Virus record (IMG/VR): IMGVR_UViG_3300033068_000963 | Location: 32,175 to 96,174 of that record | DNA from: a virus | Taxonomy: Duplodnaviria > Caudoviricetes | Length of the DNA stretch: 64,000 nucleotides | Reading direction: 5' to 3' (one strand) | In this document: piece after piece, positions 1-8,659 of the stretch | Numbering within the stretch: the stretch's first letter is position 1 | How the letters are laid out: each line of letters starts with the position of its first letter | The notes under the pieces: model-generated | What the model saw: only the letters and a program-made list of their open reading frames with translations | Told to the model about the DNA's origin: nothing | The model's database searches: none | Position numbers and translations under genes: made by a program

Positions 1-49
1 GCGCCAATCCCAGCGCCCGGCCTAGGCCCGGCCCGAAGGACCCCTTCCT

Positions 50-1252
50 ATGCCCAACACCATCCTGACTCCGACCGCAGTGACCCGCGAGGCCCTCCGC
101 GTTCTTCACCAGAAGCTGAACTTCGTGGGCTCCATCGTCCGCGACTATGACGACAGCTTCGCCAAGCAGGGCGCCAAGATCGGCGACACCCTGAAGGTGC
201 GCCTGCCCAACGAGTACGTCGTCCGCACCGGCATGGTGATGGACGTTCAGCCGACGGTCGAGACCTCCGTCGACCTGAAGGTTCAGACCGTCAAGGGTGT
301 CGACCTCAACTTCACCGACGTCGACCTGACCCTGAGCCTGGACGACTTCTCCGACCGCATCCTTGAGCCGGCGATGGCCCGCCTGGCCGCCAACATCGAG
401 GCCGACGCGCTCACGATGTACAAGGACGTCTACCAGCAGGTGAACAACACCGGCGCCGCGGCCACCTTCGCCAAGGTGCTGCAGGGCCGGAAGATGCTGG
501 TGGACTCCCTGGCGCCGGTCGATAAGCGCACCGCCCTGCTCAACACCCAGGACAACGTCGATCTGGTCGACGCCCTGAAGGGTCTGTTCAACGACAAGGA
601 CTCGCTGAGCAAGCAGTACCGCGAAGGCTACATGGGCCGCACCGCCGGCTTCGACTTCGCTGAGAACACCCTGATCCCGTCGCACACTCGCGGCGCGGAG
701 GACACCGCCTACACCACGTCGACGCTCGTCGCTGCGATGCCGGTGTCTTCGACGGCCAAGTCGACCATCACCGTCGCCTCGGGTACGGGCGCCGGCAAGA
801 AGGGCGACGTCTTCACCATCGACGGCGTCTTCCGCGTCCACCCGGAGTCGAAGGCCTCGACCGGCGTGAAGCAGCAGTTCGTCCTGACCGCCGACTATGT
901 GGGCGGCGCGGGCGACATGTCGATCGCTCCGGCCATCGTCCTGGCCGGCGGCGCGCAGAACGTGACCATCCCCTCGACCTCGGCCACCGCCGCGCTCACC
1001 TGGGCTGGGACCGCCTCGGCCGCGCACGGCATTTCCCTGGTCTACCAGCGCGAGGCCTTCGCCTTCGCCTCGGCGGACTTGGTCATGCCCAAGGGCGTCG
1101 ATTTCGCCGCTCGCGAGAACTACGACGGCGTGTCCATGCGCATCGTGCGCCAGTTCGACATCAACAACGGCAACTACCCCTGCCGCCTTGATGTCCTCTA
1201 CGGCTTCAAGACCCTGCGTCCCCAGCTCGCCGCGCGCCTGGCCAACAACTAG
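50..1252 (+). CDS. Major capsid protein, P22 gp5-like coat family
   Basis: 400 aa; GAKIGDTLKVRLP near the N-terminus and CRLDVLYGFKTLRPQLA at the C-terminus are typical of this family; GAAGGA RBS. Confidence 0.9.
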   Translation: MPNTILTPTAVTREALRVLHQKLNFVGSIVRDYDDSFAKQGAKIGDTLKVRLPNEYVVRTGMVMDVQPTVETSVDLKVQTVKGVDLNFTDVDLTLSLDDFSDRILEPAMARLAANIEADALTMYKDVYQQVNNTGAAATFAKVLQGRKMLVDSLAPVDKRTALLNTQDNVDLVDALKGLFNDKDSLSKQYREGYMGRTAGFDFAENTLIPSHTRGAEDTAYTTSTLVAAMPVSSTAKSTITVASGTGAGKKGDVFTIDGVFRVHPESKASTGVKQQFVLTADYVGGAGDMSIAPAIVLAGGAQNVTIPSTSATAALTWAGTASAAHGISLVYQREAFAFASADLVMPKGVDFAARENYDGVSMRIVRQFDINNGNYPCRLDVLYGFKTLRPQLAARLANN

Positions 1253-1276
1253 GGCCGACCTCACCCATGAACCTCT

Positions 1277-1308
1277 GGGCCGCTCCGAGCGGGCGGCCCG
1301 CTTTTCTT
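1277..1308 (+). terminator. Rho-independent terminator after the coat gene
   Basis: GGGCCGCTC-cgagc-GGGCGGCCC hairpin followed by gcTTTTcTT. Confidence 0.7.
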
Positions 1309-1324
1309 GAAAGGAACCGAGGCA

Positions 1325-1564
1325 ATGGCCATCGGCAAGTATCTCTCTGACGGCAACCCTGACGGCACCTCTCTGGGCCAGTCGACCTCCGATCTGATCC
1401 ACCTCTACGGCGGGACCGCTGTTTCCCAGCGCGCCGCCGCCGCCCAGGCCACGTCCCTGATCGGCACCGCCTCGACCACGGCGCTCACGACCGAGCACAA
1501 GGCGTTCCTGATCGAGGTGGGCAACACCCTCACCGCGATCGGCGCCTGGAAGGGCGCGGCTTAA
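1325..1564 (+). CDS. Small virion (head decoration-like) protein
   Basis: 79 aa from ATG 1325; Ala/Thr-rich; directly after the coat gene. Confidence 0.6.
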   Translation: MAIGKYLSDGNPDGTSLGQSTSDLIHLYGGTAVSQRAAAAQATSLIGTASTTALTTEHKAFLIEVGNTLTAIGAWKGAA

Positions 1565-2358
1565 TGACGGACGCCCCGGACGGCTCGCCCCGTCCGGGGC
1601 TTCTGCCTATCTTCGGTGAGAAGCCCACGGACCCCTTCGTCGTCATCTGCACGCCGACGATCACCAAGCCCTATCCGCAGTATCTGGACGCCCTGGAGGC
1701 CTCGCTTCCTCTGCTGGAAGCCGCGGGTATCCGCCACGCAAGCGTCAACACCGTCGGCTCGCCCTACATCTCCTGCGCGCGGGCCGAAATGCTTCGCAAG
1801 GCGCTCGACGCCAAGGCCGACATCATCGTCTTCATCGACCACGACCTGTCGTGGGACCCGGAAGACCTTCGCATCCTGATCGAGACCGAGGGCGATGTCG
1901 TCGCCGGGACCTATCGGTTCAAGATCGACGAAGAGTCCTACATGGGCACGATCAAGGTGAACCACATCACCACCAAGCCGCTCCTGCGAGAGAGCGACGG
2001 CGCCATCCGCGCCAACCTCATGCCGGCCGGCTTCCTGAAAGTCACCAAAGAGGCGGTCCACCGCTTCATGGAGGCCTATCCCGAGCTCTGCTTCGGGCCG
2101 AAGTTCAACCCCAGCGTCGACCTGTTCAACCACGGCGCCCACGACGGCCAGTGGTGGGGCGAGGACTACGCCTTCTGCCGGCGCTGGAACGCGCTTGGCG
2201 GTGAGGTCTGGCTCGTCCCGAACCTCAACCTGACCCACCACAGCGCCGACCAGGCGTTCCCCGGGAATTTCCTCGACTACAGCATGCGGCGCCCTGGTGG
2301 CGCTCGCGAGGGGCTCAAGCCCTGGTGGGTCGAGCAATCCCTGAAATCCGCGGCCTAG
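1564..2358 (+). CDS. Glycosyltransferase-like protein (GT-A fold)
   Basis: VVICTP beta-strand, ISCARAEML helix, FIDHD (DxD) motif, AGFLKV and GEDYAFCRRW motifs. Confidence 0.75.
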   Translation: MTDAPDGSPRPGLLPIFGEKPTDPFVVICTPTITKPYPQYLDALEASLPLLEAAGIRHASVNTVGSPYISCARAEMLRKALDAKADIIVFIDHDLSWDPEDLRILIETEGDVVAGTYRFKIDEESYMGTIKVNHITTKPLLRESDGAIRANLMPAGFLKVTKEAVHRFMEAYPELCFGPKFNPSVDLFNHGAHDGQWWGEDYAFCRRWNALGGEVWLVPNLNLTHHSADQAFPGNFLDYSMRRPGGAREGLKPWWVEQSLKSAA

Positions 2359-2380
2359 CCGCCAACCTCGAAGAGACCCC

Positions 2381-2971
2381 ATGGCCCGTCAATCCATCTT
2401 CTCCACCCCCACCCGCCTCTGGCATCCGACGCAGGGCTGGTTCACCTTCGGCATCGGCGAGCAGGATCCCGGCGCCTCCTGGTTCGAAAAGGAGGGCGGA
2501 GAGCCCGCCGGCGCCGCGACCACCAGCCAGGCGCTGAAGGACCTGATCGCCGCCCAGGATCAAATCGACCAGCGCGACAAGGCTCTGGCGGCCAAGGATC
2601 ACGATCTGGCCCAAGCGTCCAAGGCCCGCGAGGAGGCCGAGGGTAAGGTGGAGGGACTGGAGCAGGCGCTCAAGGCCGCGGAGACTGAGCGCGATGACGC
2701 GATGTCCGCCGCTGAAGACCTGACCAAGGAGCGTGACGCCGGGATCCAGGCCCTCGAGGCGTTGCGCGCCACCATCACCACGCTCGAAGGCGATCTCGCC
2801 GGCGCCTCCAAGGCCCGTGACGAAGCTAACGAGAACGCCGGCCTCTACGCGGAGGAAGTCCAGAAGCTGGGCGACTGCGTGAAGGAGCTCGAGGCCGAGG
2901 TGGCGAAGGTGGACGGCGACGGAGACGGCAAGGTCGGGGGCCGCAAGTCCAAGCCCGCCGAACCGGCCTGA
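2381..2971 (+). CDS. Coiled-coil hypothetical protein
   Basis: Long A/E/K/D heptad-rich region; C-terminal DGDGDGKVGG. Confidence 0.65.
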   Translation: MARQSIFSTPTRLWHPTQGWFTFGIGEQDPGASWFEKEGGEPAGAATTSQALKDLIAAQDQIDQRDKALAAKDHDLAQASKAREEAEGKVEGLEQALKAAETERDDAMSAAEDLTKERDAGIQALEALRATITTLEGDLAGASKARDEANENAGLYAEEVQKLGDCVKELEAEVAKVDGDGDGKVGGRKSKPAEPA

Positions 2972-3000
2972 TCCAAACCACGGCGCGCGGAGGCTTCTAG

Positions 3001-3654
3001 ATGGCCCTGACCACCTATGCCGAACTCTCCGCCGCCGTGGCCGACTGGCTGGAGCGCGGCGACCTGACCTCTCGCATTCCCGACTTCATCGCGCTCACCG
3101 AAAGTCGCTTGAACCGGGAACTGAAGATCAGGACCATCGAAACCACGGCGGCGCTCACGGGCGTCGTCGGTTCGCGTTTCATCGCTCTGCCGGCCAGTTT
3201 CCGTGAACCGCAGAACCTCTGGCGCTCCCCGGTCGACGGCCGGCGGGAGCCGCTGCGCTTCGTCACGCCAGAACTGATGCAGGCCGACACCACCCAGGGG
3301 GAGCCCCTGCAGTGGGGGATCGACGGGACCAACATCGCCTTCGAGCGGCCCTGCGATCAGGCCTACACCTTCGCCCTGCGCTATCTCGGCGTGCTGGACC
3401 TGGCGACGACGCTGACCAACCTCGTCCTGACCGAATACCCGGACCTCTACCTCTTCGGCGCGTGCTGCGAGGCTGGGCCGTTCCTGCGGGATAACGACCT
3501 GCTGACCATCTTCGACACCCGGTTCAAGGAGGCGCTCGCCCAGGCCAAGGCCAAGGAGTCGAGCAACAAGGCGGCTGTCACGCTGTCGACGGAACCTGCC
3601 TTGCTGGTCGGGCGCCGCAACCGAGACGGCTTCGACATCAGGACCGGGACATGA
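3001..3654 (+). CDS. Head-tail adaptor protein
   Basis: MALTTYAEL..AVADWL.R.DLT..IPDFIALTE.RLNR.L and TN.VL..YPDLYL.G motifs typical of podovirus adaptors; GGAGG RBS. Confidence 0.8.
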   Translation: MALTTYAELSAAVADWLERGDLTSRIPDFIALTESRLNRELKIRTIETTAALTGVVGSRFIALPASFREPQNLWRSPVDGRREPLRFVTPELMQADTTQGEPLQWGIDGTNIAFERPCDQAYTFALRYLGVLDLATTLTNLVLTEYPDLYLFGACCEAGPFLRDNDLLTIFDTRFKEALAQAKAKESSNKAAVTLSTEPALLVGRRNRDGFDIRTGT

Positions 3655-3896
3655 TCGTCGATCCCGTCGGCCCAGATGTTCCGGCGGCCCTGGCGCCGCT
3701 GCTGACCTCCATGCGCGACGCGATCATGGAACTATTCACGCCGACTGAGCCGCGGTCCGCCTTTCCGACCCTGGAAGCCGATCTGCCTCCCGCCGCCGCC
3801 TGGCCTTCAACCGTCGTGCTCGTCACCGACCTCAACGTCCTGGCCCACTCCGACGGTTCGGACTGGATCCGGGCCGATACTGGAGCGCCGATCTAA
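3651..3896 (+). CDS. Hypothetical virion protein
   Basis: 81 aa; ATGA coupling upstream and TAATG coupling downstream. Confidence 0.6.
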   Translation: MIVDPVGPDVPAALAPLLTSMRDAIMELFTPTEPRSAFPTLEADLPPAAAWPSTVVLVTDLNVLAHSDGSDWIRADTGAPI

Positions 3897-4477
3897 TGCC
3901 CTCTTCGTATACCGCCTCGCTGAGGTTCGAGCTGCAGGGCGTTGGGGAGAACCTCAACACCTGGGGCGTGCGCCTGAACAGCGCCCTGTCGCGGATCGAC
4001 AAGGCCATCGCTGGCTTCACCACAATCGCCCTGACCGCCGACTATGCGCTTACGAGCTCCAACGGGGATGATGAGGCGCGCTCAGCGCTCCTGAAGTTCA
4101 CCGGAGCGGGGCCGTGGGATGTCACCATTCCGTCGGTCAGCAAGCAATACCTGATCTGGAACGCCTGCACGGCGGCGCTGACGATCACCACGGGCGCGGG
4201 CTCCACCGTCACCCTCGACCCCGGCGCCAAGGTGGTCGTGTTCTGCGATGGGACCAATGTCAACGAGCTCGGCTTCGCGGGGCTCGGCCTCAAGACCTAC
4301 ATCGACAGCGCCGTCTTGGCCGCGACCGGCTCTCTCCCCGCCACGACAGGAAACGCCGGCAAGTTCCTCTTCTGCGACGGATCAACTTGGTATCCGAAAG
4401 CTCCCGTCGCCGCCGACATCACCGACTTCAACGACAAGGTTGATGCTCGCGCCATCGCCTTCGCCATCGCCCTTTAG
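3896..4477 (+). CDS. Tail/fibre-associated virion protein
   Basis: MPSSYT.SLRFELQG.GEN.NTWG..LN..L..ID.AIAG N-terminus and AIAFAIAL C-terminus common in phage tail-region proteins. Confidence 0.65.
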   Translation: MPSSYTASLRFELQGVGENLNTWGVRLNSALSRIDKAIAGFTTIALTADYALTSSNGDDEARSALLKFTGAGPWDVTIPSVSKQYLIWNACTAALTITTGAGSTVTLDPGAKVVVFCDGTNVNELGFAGLGLKTYIDSAVLAATGSLPATTGNAGKFLFCDGSTWYPKAPVAADITDFNDKVDARAIAFAIAL

Positions 4478-4486
4478 GATCTGATC

Positions 4487-4897
4487 ATGGCCGGCACTCC
4501 GAACGAAATCATCACGCCCCAAGGGATCCGGACGGCGCAGCAGACCTGCACTGCCGCGAAGACCACCTATGCCGATGCGACCAACGCCCTTCTGCTTCTC
4601 ACGGGCGCCGCGAACGGGAGCATCATCTACAAGCTCACCGGGTTGCCGAAGGGGACCACTGGGGCAGCTGGCCGCCTGCTTGTCTTCAGCTCCCTCAACG
4701 GCACGGACATGGTTCTGATCGGGACCGCGAACATCGCCGACTATACGCAATCGGTGAGCCTGGGCCCGGTTGCGGCTGACATTGGCTGGTCGGAAACGGC
4801 GCCTCGTCGGGTCGCTGCCGGTGAGCAGATTTGGGTCGCGACGAGCATTGCTGCGACGGCCGGCGTCGCCGTCGACTGCCAGCTCGAAGACCTCTAA
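4487..4897 (+). CDS. Hypothetical virion protein
   Basis: 136 aa, beta-rich, within the structural operon. Confidence 0.6.
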   Translation: MAGTPNEIITPQGIRTAQQTCTAAKTTYADATNALLLLTGAANGSIIYKLTGLPKGTTGAAGRLLVFSSLNGTDMVLIGTANIADYTQSVSLGPVAADIGWSETAPRRVAAGEQIWVATSIAATAGVAVDCQLEDL

Positions 4898-5578
4898 ATG
4901 ACCCAAGGCATCGCGCGCCGCGACATTGCTGGCCGCGCGGCAATCGCGCGCCGGCCCATCGCCAGCGTCTACGCAGACCAAAGCGCCCAGACGGCTGCGG
5001 CGAGCCCGCAGATGTTCCCGAGCGGCTCGTACACCTTCAGGCCGACCGTCTCGGGTCGCTGGAAGTTCGTGCTGTGGGGCGGCGGCGGCTATGTCAGCCC
5101 TGATGGGGGCGGCTCGGGCGCATACGCCGAGATCACCAAGTTCCTCACGACCGGCCAGACCGTCGCCCTCGTCACCGGTAGGGGCGCGAATACCGACGCG
5201 GCGGGGACCGATAGCACGGCGACATTTCCAGACGGGACCGTCGTCACGGCGGGCGCGGCATCGGGCAACACGGGCGGGGTCGCCACTGGCGGGGATGTCA
5301 ATCTCGACGGCTCAGACGGCGGTCTCGACATAGACAGCAGTGCGGGCGGCAATGGCTTGGGGACTGGCGGCGGCGCTGGTGGCCCGGGGACAGGCGTCAA
5401 CATCTACGGCGGCGGCGCGGGGGCGCCGGCCAATCTGCCGTTCCGCGGGGGAGCGGGCGGGAGCGGTCAAAACGTCGCCACGGGCCGCTCTCCCGGCGGC
5501 GGGTGCGCGTCTGGCGCCTATCCTGGGAAAATCTCCGGCGGCGATGGGCAGATCATCGCGTTCCTGGCGTCCAGCTAG
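4898..5578 (+). CDS. Glycine-rich tail-associated protein
   Basis: SGSYTF..., GGGSGAY, VTAGAASG and repeated GGG motifs. Confidence 0.65.
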   Translation: MTQGIARRDIAGRAAIARRPIASVYADQSAQTAAASPQMFPSGSYTFRPTVSGRWKFVLWGGGGYVSPDGGGSGAYAEITKFLTTGQTVALVTGRGANTDAAGTDSTATFPDGTVVTAGAASGNTGGVATGGDVNLDGSDGGLDIDSSAGGNGLGTGGGAGGPGTGVNIYGGGAGAPANLPFRGGAGGSGQNVATGRSPGGGCASGAYPGKISGGDGQIIAFLASS

Positions 5579-7374
5579 TGACCCGCGTCGCCCTCGACAT
5601 CCCCCCCGGCCTCAACGGGGACGACACCGCCTATGCCGCGGCCGGCCGCTGGCGAGACGCCTCAAACGTCCGCTTCTATCGCGGGCGAGCCCAGGTCATT
5701 GGCGGTTGGGAAAGCCTCACGGGTTCCCTTTTGACGGGCGTCTGCCGGAGCGTCTTTAACTGGACCGACCTGCAGACGAACCCGAACGTCGGGTTCGGCA
5801 CACACACCAACCTGGAGGTCTGGATAGGCGGCGGGCTTTACGACATCACGCCGACCCTGGAAATGCCGGCCGTCACCCTTGGGACGGATAAACTCGGCGT
5901 CGTCAACCTGTCCGCCGTCGTCACGGTTCAGCATCCTGGCCACGGTCTCGCCACGGCCGACACCATCATCGTCTCCGGCGCCGCCGCCATCGGTGGAATC
6001 ACGCCCAACGGCGGGCCCTTCGCGGTCACGCGCCTCAGCGCCGACGCCTACAGCTTCATCTTCACCTCGTCGGCGACGTCGACAGTCGCTGCGGGTGGCG
6101 GATCTGTCGTCGTCATCGCGCCTCAGGTCGCGTTCTCCGACGGCGCAATCGACGGCACGGGCGGTGCGGGCTACGGGACCGGGACCTATTCCACCGGGGA
6201 GTATAGCGAGCCCTCAACCTCCGACTATTTCCCCAGGACCTGGGCGCAGGGGGCCTGGGGCGAGAACCTGCTGGCCAACCCGCGCGCGGGGGCGATCTAT
6301 CAGTGGCAGAACGACACCGGGACCCCGGCCGCGCCGGTCGCCAACTCGCCCGCCAACGTCACCCACATGGTGATCGCGCCGCAGGATCAGGTCTTCGCGC
6401 TGGGCTGCAATCAGGAGGTCAGCGGCGTCTTCAATCCGCTCTGCATCCGGCACTCCGGCGTGCGGAGGCTCACGGTCTGGAACACAGCGGCCGACACCAC
6501 GGCTCGTGAATACACCCTGCCGGGCGGCGGGCGCATCGTCGCCGGCCGTGTGATCGGGCGCTATCTGTTGGTCTGGACGAGCCACGGCCTGTTCCTGGGG
6601 AGCTATGTTGGCTCGCCCGGACAGGTCTGGCGCTTCGACAGAGTTGGCGAGAAGTGTGGCCTGATCGGCCCCAACGCCGCTGTTGTGGTCGGCCAAACCG
6701 CCTTCTGGCTTGGTCCCGACCTGCAGTTCTACGCCTACAACCTTGGCGGCGCCGTCCGCCCCGTGGAGTGCCCGATCCGCGAGGACATGGCCGACAACAT
6801 CGCCGCCTCCCAGGGCGACAAGGTCATGGCGTCGTCGACTTCGACGTTCAGCGAGATCCGCTTCGACTACCCTGATGCTCGCGACGGCACCGAAAACAGC
6901 CGTTACCTCACCCTGATCGTCGACGGGAAGGATGCGGGCGCCTGGAGCCGCGGCGTCATGGCGCGAACGGCCTATGTCGACGCAGGCCCCTCAGCGTTCC
7001 CCATCGGCGTCACGCCGGGGGGTGCTGTCTACTACCATGAGCGTGGCAAGAGCGCCGACGGCGGGCCCTTCGCCTGGCATCTCGAAACCGCCGACACCTA
7101 CATCGACGACAGCCGCACCGCCCTCGTGAGGGGGCTCTGGCCTGACTTCGCCGATCAGATTGGCCCGATCATGGTCAAGATCACCTCCCTCCTGAAACCC
7201 CAGGACCCAGACCCGCGCGACAAGGGCGAGGTCGCCATGGCGGTGGGAGACTCAAAGGCCGATTACCGCATCAGCGGCCGGCTGTTCCGGGCGAGGTTCA
7301 GCGGCAACAGCGCTCCCACCTCGGCGAGGTTCGGGCGGATCAATTTCGACGTCGAGCGGACCGGCGGACGATGA
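5578..7374 (+). CDS. Tail nozzle / DNA-stabilisation protein
   Basis: GTG 5578 overlaps the upstream TAG; GRW.D..NVRF.RG...IGGW N-terminus and CGLIGPNA motif; position before a GNAT-like gene and the ejection genes. Confidence 0.7.
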   Translation: MTRVALDIPPGLNGDDTAYAAAGRWRDASNVRFYRGRAQVIGGWESLTGSLLTGVCRSVFNWTDLQTNPNVGFGTHTNLEVWIGGGLYDITPTLEMPAVTLGTDKLGVVNLSAVVTVQHPGHGLATADTIIVSGAAAIGGITPNGGPFAVTRLSADAYSFIFTSSATSTVAAGGGSVVVIAPQVAFSDGAIDGTGGAGYGTGTYSTGEYSEPSTSDYFPRTWAQGAWGENLLANPRAGAIYQWQNDTGTPAAPVANSPANVTHMVIAPQDQVFALGCNQEVSGVFNPLCIRHSGVRRLTVWNTAADTTAREYTLPGGGRIVAGRVIGRYLLVWTSHGLFLGSYVGSPGQVWRFDRVGEKCGLIGPNAAVVVGQTAFWLGPDLQFYAYNLGGAVRPVECPIREDMADNIAASQGDKVMASSTSTFSEIRFDYPDARDGTENSRYLTLIVDGKDAGAWSRGVMARTAYVDAGPSAFPIGVTPGGAVYYHERGKSADGGPFAWHLETADTYIDDSRTALVRGLWPDFADQIGPIMVKITSLLKPQDPDPRDKGEVAMAVGDSKADYRISGRLFRARFSGNSAPTSARFGRINFDVERTGGR

Positions 7375-7748
7375 TCGCGGCCTCTGAATGGGACCGCTGC
7401 GCTCCCTGGATTGAAGCCGCCCTTGATCATAGCGGCGGCTCTCACCTGATCGGCGACGTCCGACACCTCTGCGAGACAGATCCGGACTATCGGTTCCTGC
7501 CCGGTGAGGCCTCAGCGGCTGTCGTGCAGATCATCGAATACCCCCGCCTGAAACGGCTCCACCTCTGGCTCAACGGTGGCGACATGGCCGAATTGGTCGA
7601 GGTTCTCCTACCCATCGCCGAAGTCTGGGGTCGGAATCAGGGCTGCTCCCAGGTCACGACCGCCGGCCGCCCCGGTTGGGACCGCGTCATGGCGCGTTAT
7701 GGCTTCCAGCCGGCCGCCCGCATCTGCATGAAGGAATTGACGTCATGA
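7371..7748 (+). CDS. GNAT-like virion assembly protein (P22 gp14 / T7 gp13 position)
   Basis: YPRLKRLHLWLNGGD and GCSQVTTAGRPGWDRV motifs; lies between nozzle and ejection genes. Confidence 0.65.
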   Translation: MIAASEWDRCAPWIEAALDHSGGSHLIGDVRHLCETDPDYRFLPGEASAAVVQIIEYPRLKRLHLWLNGGDMAELVEVLLPIAEVWGRNQGCSQVTTAGRPGWDRVMARYGFQPAARICMKELTS

Positions 7749-8656
7749 GTTTCGGCCTGAGCGGCAGCAAGTCCAAGCAGAAGAGCTCGACGGATTCCAA
7801 CGTCACCGCGACCACGACGCCCAACGTCCTCGACTGGCTTCTGGAGCCGACCAAGGCCGCGGCGGCGAACATCACCAGGCTTGGCGCAACCGACCCCTCG
7901 ACGCTTGTTCCTGGGGCGGATCCGCTTCAGCAGCAGGCCTCGACGACGGCGGCCAGTCTGACCGGCTCGCCGTGGAATTACGACGCTGCGGCTGATGTCA
8001 CACGGGGTGTGCTGGCAAAGTCGGCGCCGACGGTGCAGGCCGCCAGCCTGCTCGAAAACCTCGACGGCTACATGTCGCCGTATCGCAAGGAAGTGGTCGA
8101 CACGACGGCGGCGGACTTCGACGCCATGGCCGGCAAGACTCGGGCCGCTCAAGACCTCGCGATTGCGGGTGAGGCGGCCTTCGGCGGCTCCGGCGCGGCG
8201 CTGACCAAGTCTGCCACCGAAGGCGAGCTGGCGCGCGGCCGGGCGACGACCATGGCGACGCTGCTGGACCAGATGTTCAACACTGGCGCGGGGCTCTCCA
8301 ACTTGGACGCGGGACGTCGCCAGTCGGCCAGCTCCGAGAACGCGGCCCTGGAAGCCGCGAACCGCGCTCAGCGCCTGGCCGCCGCTGGCCAACTCACTGA
8401 CATCTCCGCAGGCTTCGACGCCAACCAGCGCGCCAACATCGCTGCCCAAGAGGCCGCCGGCGCGGTCAATCGCGACATCGCCACCGAGAAGGTTCAAGCC
8501 CCCTTCAATCTGCAGGACTGGATCAACCAGGCCATGGCCGGACTTAACCCCGACCTGTTCACGGGCAAGACCACGACGGAAGTCGGGACCTCGAAGTCGA
8601 AGGGGTCCGGCAGTCAGATCGGCGCGCAGGCGTCCTACACCTATGGTGGGAAGTAG
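7745..8656 (+). CDS. DNA ejection (internal virion) protein 1
   Basis: ATG 7745; Ala/Gln-rich; YMSPY..EVVD and AAFGGS motifs. Confidence 0.65.
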   Translation: MSFGLSGSKSKQKSSTDSNVTATTTPNVLDWLLEPTKAAAANITRLGATDPSTLVPGADPLQQQASTTAASLTGSPWNYDAAADVTRGVLAKSAPTVQAASLLENLDGYMSPYRKEVVDTTAADFDAMAGKTRAAQDLAIAGEAAFGGSGAALTKSATEGELARGRATTMATLLDQMFNTGAGLSNLDAGRRQSASSENAALEAANRAQRLAAAGQLTDISAGFDANQRANIAAQEAAGAVNRDIATEKVQAPFNLQDWINQAMAGLNPDLFTGKTTTEVGTSKSKGSGSQIGAQASYTYGGK

Positions 8657-8659
8657 ACC

